Source: a virus
Reading direction: 5' to 3' (one strand)
IMG/VR virus record: IMGVR_UViG_3300025853_009406
Coordinates: 52,741 to 116,740 of that record
DNA: 64,000 bases
This document shows positions 56,017-64,000 of the stretch, piece by piece (within the stretch, counting starts at the first letter, position 1; the number at the start of each line of letters is the position of its first letter). Made by a program: the position numbers and the translations under genes. The notes beneath the pieces were generated by a model. It was not told the origin of the DNA. It worked only from the letters and a program-made list of their open reading frames with translations, and did not search any database.

Positions 56017-56292
56017 TTAATTTGTAAATGCTACTTGAGAACCAAATACTGTACCAGCACTAACTGCTCCACCTGCTGCAAGTTCAGGTGTAAGATTTGC
56101 TCCAATGTCTTTTTCAACAGAAAGTCTTTCTCCCCCTGCCATATGAATTTCATAAGATGAAGTTCCTGCAATAATCACTTTTATCGCAGCAGTATTTGTG
56201 TTGATAATTGATACTAATCTTGCAGAATCTAAATCATCAGCCTCTGTAGCGACACTAAGATCTTTACCAAGACTTATTGGTTTTACAGTCAT
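56017..56292 (-). CDS. Small hypothetical virion-associated protein
   Basis: ORF in the head operon. Confidence 0.6.
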   Translation of the reverse strand: MTVKPISLGKDLSVATEADDLDSARLVSIINTNTAAIKVIIAGTSSYEIHMAGGERLSVEKDIGANLTPELAAGGAVSAGTVFGSQVAFTN

Positions 56293-56456
56293 TCTCCAGT
56301 CTCCTCTTCTGGTGAAACATCAAACATTGAAGAAGCAACAGATGGACGGAGATCGTTTATTTTATTCTCAGCCTTAGCAAATAATGCATTTTTTAATGAA
56401 TCGGAAATCTCCGAAGCAGACGCATCAGATGCTATCAAATCTACAATATTTTCCAT
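56289..56456 (-). CDS. Small prohead core-like protein (55 aa)
   Basis: Manual translation MENIVDLIASDASASEISDSLKNALFAKA; position between gp20 and gp21. Confidence 0.6.
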   Translation of the reverse strand: MENIVDLIASDASASEISDSLKNALFAKAENKINDLRPSVASSMFDVSPEEETGE

Positions 56457-56483
56457 GAATTTATTATGTTTTTATTTAATTAT

Positions 56484-58157
56484 TTATATTTCTGCTTTTT
56501 TGGTATCTTTTTGGAAGTTTGCATCAACATCTTGAGATTGTGCTTCCAAATCTGGTTCCATTTGCATATCTCCCATCATTCCCATTTCTTCACCACCATC
56601 TGGGAGTGGTTCACCAGTGATTGGATCAATAGAATTTGGATCTGGAATTATTCCGTCTTTAATTTCCTTTTCAATTTGAGTATCAATTTCTTTAATTTCT
56701 TCATCAGTTTGGCGAAGAATTTTTCTTCTGACATAATCAACAGAATAATATTTACCAATATAAGGTTCAATAGTTGCTAATGTACCAAGACGTTCATTCA
56801 TTAGTTCAGATTCTTTTAATTCTGCAAACTGATTATCATACAGAAAATCATATTGAATATGATCTGAAATTTTATCCCAATCTTCTAATGATACAATATT
56901 TTTGAGAATCAATTGTGTCTTCAACATGTCCGTAAACATATTTGCAAAACGTTTACGCAATCTTCCAACAAATTTTGTGAACTTCAATTCATCTCTAAGA
57001 ATTTCTGATGAACGCCCTAAATTAAATCCACCATCAGCAGCAATTCTGGATTCTGGAACTCCAAGAGAACGATAAAGTTTTTTCTGGAAATATTCAATAT
57101 CCGAAAGTTCACCTAGATTTTGACCACCAGGAAGAGTTGTAATTTCGGTTCCTCTACCACCTTCGCGGCGAGGAAGCCAAAAATCTTCCAACATACTCAT
57201 AAATTTGCGGTCATCTCTAACCTCACCATTTTTGGAATCGTATACTAATTTATTTCTATATCTACTCATTACATCACGTAGATATTGTTCTGCCTTTACC
57301 TTGGGGAGATTGCCAACGTCAATGTAGAAAATTCTACGCTCAGGTGCGCGTGATAGTCTATAGATAACAAGAGAGTCTTCAATCATGCGGAGTTGATTGA
57401 GTGACTTGATTGCTTTATGCAAATATGAAAGTATAGTTCCTTTATTTCTATCTACTAATCCAGAAGTACAGTAAGTAATACTGTCTTTTGCAATTCTAAC
57501 CCCTTTATTTGTCGTAGATCCAGGTGACATTGTTCCAGGATATGTTGCCTGGGGAGTATATACATAATACTCTTCTATCTCTGGATTTATATCAAATTTT
57601 TCGTTAGTTTTATTAATTGGTTGTAATCGATTTTTATCCTTATCTTGTTTTTTCTGCTTTCTAATATGACGCATTTTCATGGGATCAATATATCTTATCT
57701 CTTGAATCCCATCAGATGCATTTTTTGGATCAATAATTTTTAAATAATAAATTCTACCATCAACATACCAATTTCTGAATATCTCATGACATTTTTTGTC
57801 AAAATCCATCAATTCTTTGATGTATCTAAATTCTTCTCTAATTTTTTCTTTTATTTTATCGCTAGCGTTTAAATTTGAAAGCTCAATTTCTACGGGAGAA
57901 TCGTATAAATCACTTACAATTGCTTCATTTACTACATCTTCAATAGCACCATCACATTCTGGATGGAGTGCCATTTCCCTATATCTTTTTATTAGATCAC
58001 TTTCTGTTCTATAAACACCTTCAATATCTAGGTATTGTCCATAAAACCCACTACTTACAAAATTATCAACCCCGTCCTCATTAGACTTGGGGACGGGGGA
58101 AATAATTTTGGATTTATCCTTCTGATCCTCAATAGAAAAACCAAATAGTCTTGGCAT
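56484..58157 (-). CDS. gp20: Portal vertex protein
   Basis: YLHKAIK..NQLRMIEDSLVIYR.SRAPERRIFYIDVGNLP, EDFWLPRREGGRGTEI. Confidence 0.98.
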   Translation of the reverse strand: MPRLFGFSIEDQKDKSKIISPVPKSNEDGVDNFVSSGFYGQYLDIEGVYRTESDLIKRYREMALHPECDGAIEDVVNEAIVSDLYDSPVEIELSNLNASDKIKEKIREEFRYIKELMDFDKKCHEIFRNWYVDGRIYYLKIIDPKNASDGIQEIRYIDPMKMRHIRKQKKQDKDKNRLQPINKTNEKFDINPEIEEYYVYTPQATYPGTMSPGSTTNKGVRIAKDSITYCTSGLVDRNKGTILSYLHKAIKSLNQLRMIEDSLVIYRLSRAPERRIFYIDVGNLPKVKAEQYLRDVMSRYRNKLVYDSKNGEVRDDRKFMSMLEDFWLPRREGGRGTEITTLPGGQNLGELSDIEYFQKKLYRSLGVPESRIAADGGFNLGRSSEILRDELKFTKFVGRLRKRFANMFTDMLKTQLILKNIVSLEDWDKISDHIQYDFLYDNQFAELKESELMNERLGTLATIEPYIGKYYSVDYVRRKILRQTDEEIKEIDTQIEKEIKDGIIPDPNSIDPITGEPLPDGGEEMGMMGDMQMEPDLEAQSQDVDANFQKDTKKAEI

Positions 58158-58215
58158 AGTATAAAATTAGAATGAACTCGTTAGTAGTTATTTATTCAAC
58201 TAACTAACTTGTGGA

Positions 58216-58815
58216 TCAGCTGATTTCTGGTTTAGTGCTATCAGAAGTATCTGCTATAGCTTCCCAATATTGAACTTGGAATTCAACAGTATATTCTTCA
58301 ATAGTATCTGTTGAATCCATAGAAAGGTCAATTTGACCAACATTGGTTGGGAAAATACCTTCAAACTTGTATTCTCTCATTGAAGCACCAGCTCTGTCCA
58401 ACTGCTTAACAGTTGCAGACTTTTGATACGTATTTGGATCAACTTCTCCAGTAGCATCACTGATTCTACTGATTCCATTCATCCATTGCTCAAATGCAGT
58501 TCTGATTTTGAAGTCAACATCATTTAAAACTGTGATAGTCCAAGTATCAAATGTTCTTTCTCCAGCAACTTTAAGTGTTCTTCCTCTAAAAGGAATTTCA
58601 ACAGGAGTGATATTTGAAGCTGGAAGTTGTGCAGCTTTAACCATGAATGTTAAGAGACTCTCATTTCCAGTGCTAGTTGTAGGAGCAGTGATTGCTTGAG
58701 TCTCATCTCCAACTGCTAATGAATCTGGGAACGTAACACTAACCTCAAATAGATTAGGTCTTGCACCACCACCAATAAGTGCTGCCTTAAAATTGTCTAA
58801 CGTCTTTAATGCCAT
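58216..58815 (-). CDS. gp19: Tail tube protein
   Basis: GGARPNLF, PFRGR.LKVAGERTF..WT.T. Confidence 0.95.
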   Translation of the reverse strand: MALKTLDNFKAALIGGGARPNLFEVSVTFPDSLAVGDETQAITAPTTSTGNESLLTFMVKAAQLPASNITPVEIPFRGRTLKVAGERTFDTWTITVLNDVDFKIRTAFEQWMNGISRISDATGEVDPNTYQKSATVKQLDRAGASMREYKFEGIFPTNVGQIDLSMDSTDTIEEYTVEFQVQYWEAIADTSDSTKPEIS

Positions 58816-58862
58816 TAATCTTTCCTCGTTTTAATTATTTTGAATAGGTTAATAAAGTGAAA

Positions 58863-61064
58863 TCAAACATTACCAACAACTTCATTAAACTCAATGCCAC
58901 TTCTTGTTGCAACGAATGTTAATCCAATAAAGTTAATAGAACGAGATGGTTTAATGTAGATGTCTGCAACAAATTCGTTGTTATCGATAATTGCGGCAGT
59001 GTTGTTCGTTCTGTCACAAACAACTCTATAATCCTGAATACCTCTTTGTGCCTGAATGTTTCTGAGGAAAGGATCAACAATGTTTACGAAGTTAGATCTT
59101 GTTATGTCATCATTGAATTCAAATAACTGATCATCAGCAGCTGCTCTAATTGCATCTTCAACATAGATGAACAATCTACGAACATTAATACGATCAAATG
59201 CAGATGCTTTAGCAAGTCCTGTTTTATCACCAAACAGAATAATTCCAGATCCTGGTGAGAAAATTACAGGGTTAATTCTTGCAGAATAAAGGCGATCTCT
59301 TTCAGTCTTAGATGGATTATATGCAAGTTTAACTGCATTTAATACTGCACCTCTAGAAGTTCCTGCAGGAGAGACCCATGAAGCATTTGTTACATCATTT
59401 CTTGCACAAATTCCCGCAATATCACCATTTAAAGGTACATATCTAAAGGTCTTTGCAAATCTATCATACATGTACTTATATCCACTATCAAAAATGGCAT
59501 AAGACGATGATGGAACTGAAGAGTAGAAAGAAACTACATTATCAGTCATTGAAGTTGAACTTAAAGGAGTATATTCCTTACTACCAGAGTTTTTCAGAAT
59601 AGAACCCTTATTTGGACTAATAAATGCAACAGCATCCTGTCTTTGTTCAGCAACTGAAATTAACTTTGAAGCAAGTGCTTGTCCTTCTTCTTTTGTATGT
59701 GCTGCAGAACCCATGAGTAAGAAATCTACATCATAGAGTTCAGTATTGGTTAATAGATCATAACCAGCAACTAAACCAGATAATTCCGCTTTAAGTGCAC
59801 CAGTGGTTCCTAAATCATATTTACCGTCATAGTTTAAACCATCACCTAATTTGAATGTTGTGTTTCCAAGCATTCTGTAGGCTTTTCCATCAACTACAGG
59901 TGCATTCCAAGCAGTTCCTGTATCAACAGCGTTATTTGCGGCAAGTCCAATATCAGTAGTAGATGTTAAACCAACCCATCCTGCGGATGCACCACCACTC
60001 ATTGCTGCTACACCACGTGGTTCTGCACCAGTGAAGATATATTCAGAATTTTCTGAAATATACTTATTCCAGTAAGAAGAACTACCTGCAGCGTAAATGG
60101 CATCGGATGCCTTGGAAAGAGAAACGTGCTTCTCTAAAATAGTATTTCTGTTTCCAGTAATTGATCCAGTTCCGTCGATTACTACAACGTGAACTTCATC
60201 AAATCTTGCTCCACGATCAGCAGCAAATCTAGATGTTCCTGGTCTAGGTGCTAATGTATTCCAAGAAATTGTGGTATTTCCTAAAGTAACCTTTTGTGCA
60301 TCAAACCAATCACTTTGTGCTGTGAATGATGGTGATGCTGCTACTACATTCGAGTTGTTGAATACAGTAACATCTCCCGAATCTTTGAATCTATATACAC
60401 CACGTGGTTCATAATCGGTAACTACGGCAGTTCCACCTGCAGCAGTGTAATCCAATACTTTAACATCTAATGTGCTGGAACCAACTCCAGTAACAACACC
60501 CCTCAATACACCATCAAGTTCAGATGTAGTTCCAGAACCAACTGCAACAACGCCACTAAGGCTCATTGTTATACCAAAACCAACTTCTACACTAGCTGTA
60601 GCAATACCACTAAGGATTTGATCAGCACGTCCATCAATGATGGCAACATTCAAACCATTTGCCCATGATCCTGGGTTTCTGGCAGATGCAATTTGTGACA
60701 TTGCAGTTTCATTATATCCTTTATTGATATAATCTTGCTCACTATTAATTTTTGCGGATGTTCCAACTCCAACTGTTGCGTTTGATAAGCTGGTACCATC
60801 TGATCTAATGACCATCAATCTTCCACCATATGCCATATATGATGATCCTGTAAACCATGACTCGTAGTGACCATCTACCTGTCTTGGTTGACCGTAATTA
60901 GACAGCAACTCCTGCTCATTATCAATAACAAAACCTTCTTCAACTGGACCTTTTTCAAAAGGTGAAACAATGGCTGCTACGGCATCTGAAGTTGGATCTA
61001 CTCTACCAATGGTTACATCAACTTCCTTTAAAACAACTCCAGGAGATGCTAAATTTAACGGCAT
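58863..61064 (-). CDS. gp18: Tail sheath protein
   Basis: LASPGV...EVD, W.SPAG..RG, LFGDKT, FDRINVRRLF. Confidence 0.97.
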   Translation of the reverse strand: MPLNLASPGVVLKEVDVTIGRVDPTSDAVAAIVSPFEKGPVEEGFVIDNEQELLSNYGQPRQVDGHYESWFTGSSYMAYGGRLMVIRSDGTSLSNATVGVGTSAKINSEQDYINKGYNETAMSQIASARNPGSWANGLNVAIIDGRADQILSGIATASVEVGFGITMSLSGVVAVGSGTTSELDGVLRGVVTGVGSSTLDVKVLDYTAAGGTAVVTDYEPRGVYRFKDSGDVTVFNNSNVVAASPSFTAQSDWFDAQKVTLGNTTISWNTLAPRPGTSRFAADRGARFDEVHVVVIDGTGSITGNRNTILEKHVSLSKASDAIYAAGSSSYWNKYISENSEYIFTGAEPRGVAAMSGGASAGWVGLTSTTDIGLAANNAVDTGTAWNAPVVDGKAYRMLGNTTFKLGDGLNYDGKYDLGTTGALKAELSGLVAGYDLLTNTELYDVDFLLMGSAAHTKEEGQALASKLISVAEQRQDAVAFISPNKGSILKNSGSKEYTPLSSTSMTDNVVSFYSSVPSSSYAIFDSGYKYMYDRFAKTFRYVPLNGDIAGICARNDVTNASWVSPAGTSRGAVLNAVKLAYNPSKTERDRLYSARINPVIFSPGSGIILFGDKTGLAKASAFDRINVRRLFIYVEDAIRAAADDQLFEFNDDITRSNFVNIVDPFLRNIQAQRGIQDYRVVCDRTNNTAAIIDNNEFVADIYIKPSRSINFIGLTFVATRSGIEFNEVVGNV

Positions 61065-61096
61065 CTTCTTGACTCCTATCAGAAATATTCTAAAAT

Positions 61097-61103
61097 TATT
61101 TAT
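61097..61103 (-). promoter_or_regulatory. T4-type late promoter before gp18
   Basis: ATAAATA; similar sites at 58189-95 (gp20), 55333-40 (gp22) and 52555-61 (gp3). Confidence 0.65.
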
Positions 61104-61145
61104 TAAAATGGGTAGTTCTGATGGGGAAACACTACGCGAACACTA

Positions 61146-61424
61146 TCACCAGTCTGGATAGTCTTGCATCATATATTTTTCATATTTTTTATCATACAGT
61201 TCTTTTGCTTTTTTGTTCCTAGCTCTATTTTTTCTTATTCTTTGAATTGTACATTCTTTACATTCATATGAATACGAAGATGGTAAAGATTTTCTATCCT
61301 TATAAGATAAGTAAAAATCATCCAATAGATTTTTTCTTTTACCACAAACTCTACAAGTTCTTTCATGAAACAATAAGTGTTCCAAATTAATTTGATCTAC
61401 AAAATTATCTTCGTCAAGATTCAT
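61146..61424 (-). CDS. Zn-finger protein (EndoVII N-terminal-like, no nuclease domain)
   Basis: CRVCG...FY...SYECKEC; start moved to MNLDE. Confidence 0.7.
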   Translation of the reverse strand: MNLDEDNFVDQINLEHLLFHERTCRVCGKRKNLLDDFYLSYKDRKSLPSSYSYECKECTIQRIRKNRARNKKAKELYDKKYEKYMMQDYPDW

Positions 61425-63073
61425 TAGTAATAATCCCACATATAACTTCTATCGCCATATTCATCAGCATACCAAGTATCACCATCTTTATCTGTAAATG
61501 TAGTCATATCATTAATACCATCCTGTATAAATCCAAACGGTGCCATATCAGCTTCTATTTGCTCTTCTTGCTCTTCATATATTCTTTTACGAATATCATC
61601 ATCAGTCATTTCTTTAAAATATGGTTGAGCAACTAACCATGCAAAAATAACCAAACACATCATTAAATCATCATTACATCCTTCTTCAGCCATAAAAGTA
61701 TTACTTTTATGAATAAACGTAGTCATCTCACTGATGATATCATAATCACATGTCATCAATTTATCATCTTCAATTAAAGTTCTTAAATTTGAACATCCCA
61801 ATTTTTTTACAGCTGCAGTCATTCTAATTCCTAGATATGACTTTTTACCACTAAATCCAGTACCCACTATTTGACCAGATCTACCTCTTTGGGAACACAT
61901 TAGAATATTTTCATATTCTAAGTCGTAGTGTAAAATATTTGCTATTTGATCTCCAATATCATTAATTTCTACCAATATCCAAGAATTGTTATATGCCTTT
62001 GCTACAGGTTCTATAACACTTGGAAATAACATTGGTTTTATTTCATTATTTCTATACTTTGCAACAATATTGTACGGAAAAGATGTAATATCAAAAACTA
62101 CAAAAGCAGAGTAATCTCCACCAACTCCACGTGCAACATCAACAGTGATCATATATGAGTGGTCTTCTTTAGGGTGAGAATAAATATCCAATCCCTTATT
62201 TCTTTGAATCGGATCCTCATATACTAAATTTCTAAGTTTTGCTGGATTGATGAGAGTATCAACAGATCCTAAAAACTCACACTCAAACTCAACTTTGAAT
62301 TGTTGCTCTGAAGTATTTGCTATTGTTTGTTCTTTCCACTCAGCATCTCTCCCAGGAACTTCACTCCAATGAACATCTGTAGGTACATACTCATTTTTAC
62401 CGCGCTGTGAATCATGCCACATTCTGTAAAAATGATTCATACCCCTAGGGGTAGAAACAATAATTACCTTTGTGCTCTGTCCAGAAGAAATAGTAGGATA
62501 AACAGAGGCAAAGAAGTCATCAGCAATGTGATTCGGGATGAACGCGAACTCGTCAAGAAAGATGACATTATAGGATCCGCCTCTGACAGCAGATGAAGAA
62601 GTAGAGTTAGCCGAAATTTTGGAGCCATTTTCTAATTCCAGGGAACCCTTATTCCAAGATATAATACCTTGCTGCATCCATTTTGGCAAGTTTTCGTATG
62701 CAAGTTGTAACCTACCAAGAAGGTCTCTTGCCGTTGATGCCTTGTTTGCTAGGATGGCGATATTAACATTATCGTTAAAAACAGCGTAGTGTAGAAGATA
62801 TGATACACAAGTAGTAGACTTACCAGTCTGACGTGGCATCTTGCATATATTAAACCTATTCTTATGGAAATTATCAATTAACTTTTCCTGAAAAGGATAC
62901 ATGTTAAATGGAACTAATCCATGATCAAGAGAAACAATCTTAATATAATTTCTTGCAAAATAAACAGGATCTTCCTTACACCTCATAAATTCAATGATAT
63001 CTTCTTCAGTGAATTCAATCGGCGTATTTGCTTTTTTTAAATTAGGATTACCAAGATAAACGTTATCACTCAT
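61424..63073 (-). CDS. gp17: Terminase large subunit
   Basis: PRQTGKST, FLDEFAF, VSTP.G, DVARG.G.DYS, DDLMM. Confidence 0.97.
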   Translation of the reverse strand: MSDNVYLGNPNLKKANTPIEFTEEDIIEFMRCKEDPVYFARNYIKIVSLDHGLVPFNMYPFQEKLIDNFHKNRFNICKMPRQTGKSTTCVSYLLHYAVFNDNVNIAILANKASTARDLLGRLQLAYENLPKWMQQGIISWNKGSLELENGSKISANSTSSSAVRGGSYNVIFLDEFAFIPNHIADDFFASVYPTISSGQSTKVIIVSTPRGMNHFYRMWHDSQRGKNEYVPTDVHWSEVPGRDAEWKEQTIANTSEQQFKVEFECEFLGSVDTLINPAKLRNLVYEDPIQRNKGLDIYSHPKEDHSYMITVDVARGVGGDYSAFVVFDITSFPYNIVAKYRNNEIKPMLFPSVIEPVAKAYNNSWILVEINDIGDQIANILHYDLEYENILMCSQRGRSGQIVGTGFSGKKSYLGIRMTAAVKKLGCSNLRTLIEDDKLMTCDYDIISEMTTFIHKSNTFMAEEGCNDDLMMCLVIFAWLVAQPYFKEMTDDDIRKRIYEEQEEQIEADMAPFGFIQDGINDMTTFTDKDGDTWYADEYGDRSYMWDYY

Positions 63074-63081
63074 AAATTAAT

Positions 63082-63894
63082 CTAGTTATCAACAATCAGT
63101 AAATCAAACATTGATGAGACAGTTGCATTACTACCAGTATATGTCCTTACTTCAAGATCTGTTTTTTCGGTGAAGTAAAGTGGAATACTGAAAGTAGTGT
63201 GCATATTACTATTATATAGATTCAATTCGCTAGCGAGTCTGGATACACCACCATCTGGTTTTTTCTGGAATAATCTAACAGTATTCTCTTGATTTTTATT
63301 CATGGTTGCGGCAAATGCCCTTAAGTATCCACTCTTACCTGCTGGAATGGTATAGAAAGTAACTTGAGATTGACCCATTCCCGCTGCAATCTGACAAGTA
63401 ACTCCAACACTATGAGTGAAGTTAATAGCACCTACGTTATTATTGTCATTGTTACCAGTAAGAACAAATGCTCTATGAGTTCTTAAAAATTCTACCGTTC
63501 CAGCAACACCGACAGTTCCATTAAGAGTAAAATCTTCTTCTACTTCATTATAGTTCGCATCAAGACCTTGAAGTCTAACTGTAAGTGCTCCCGTTCCGCC
63601 AGAATCATCCTGAGCAGAACTGGAAGTTACAGTAACAATTCCTGCGGAGGATGGAAATGTGTAAGCACCACCATAAGACCAAACGGTATCATAAGTTGCT
63701 GATGTTGTAACTACTGCACCAAACTTATGAACATTTGCCATCTGGGTGGTAATACCTGCAGCAATATTCAAATCAAACTGAGTATCACCACCACAAGCAC
63801 CAATGTTGCCATACTTGTCGGCACACATATAGACTTCAAATAGACTTCTCTCTTGATTGAGATAGTCTTGTGTATTTTTATTCCACTGAGCCAT
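63082..63894 (-). CDS. Putative virion structural protein
   Basis: Beta-rich Gly/Thr sequence; GLDANY, YTIPAGK.GYL. Confidence 0.6.
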   Translation of the reverse strand: MAQWNKNTQDYLNQERSLFEVYMCADKYGNIGACGGDTQFDLNIAAGITTQMANVHKFGAVVTTSATYDTVWSYGGAYTFPSSAGIVTVTSSSAQDDSGGTGALTVRLQGLDANYNEVEEDFTLNGTVGVAGTVEFLRTHRAFVLTGNNDNNNVGAINFTHSVGVTCQIAAGMGQSQVTFYTIPAGKSGYLRAFAATMNKNQENTVRLFQKKPDGGVSRLASELNLYNSNMHTTFSIPLYFTEKTDLEVRTYTGSNATVSSMFDLLIVDN

Positions 63895-64000
63895 TAGTCA
63901 CTCCAACTTAATCTTTCTGGTCTATACCTTTGTGCGCTTTTAATTTTTGATGGTGAATAACTTCCTGGATAAATGTTCTGAATAATTGCTCCAGGATATT
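63894..64000 (-). CDS. 3' end of a hypothetical protein (partial)
   Basis: ...YPGAIIQNIYPG...RYRPERLSWSD* coupled to the next ATG. Confidence 0.5.
   Translation of the reverse strand, partial: YPGAIIQNIYPGSYSPSKIKSAQRYRPERLSWSD

Noticed and set aside
12169-63073. Inteins or introns in nrdA, nrdB, gp43, gp41 and gp17; CRISPR arrays; photosynthesis genes
   Set aside because: These core genes are uninterrupted and of normal length; no repeat-spacer array or psbA/hli-like ORF was seen

Overview
This is 64 kb of a T4-like cyanomyovirus (Kyanoviridae-like) genome, coded almost entirely on the minus strand. Reading that strand from right to left: head and tail genes (gp17-gp23, gp3), the replication/recombination core (uvsY, uvsW, gp55, gp47/46, CobS and vWA partner, gp45/44/62, regA, hsp20, gp43, uvsX, gp41, mazG), a late cluster of probable internal-head proteins, primase and nrdAB, a tRNA cluster, and a sugar-nucleotide/glycosyltransferase island. 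The most unusual stretch is about 9.2-11.8 kb. (1) A tRNA-Arg(UCU) gene is split in its anticodon by a compact 209-nt ORF-less IC3 group I intron, with a free-standing HNH endonuclease directly downstream. (2) A GIY-YIG/NUMOD3 endonuclease, the only convincing plus-strand gene, is inserted in inverted orientation inside a resident gene of the same GIY-YIG family and disrupts it. Both endonuclease genes have a late promoter inside a hairpin covering the translation-start region. Also notable: three 3'-only tRNA remnants, a probable GDP-colitose pathway (ColD-type His enzyme), a manA-like structured RNA, a ROSE-like element before hsp20, and a late nuclease / KxDG-ligase-like / HxGH-nucleotidyltransferase trio. 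All calls are by eye from motifs; no searches were run.
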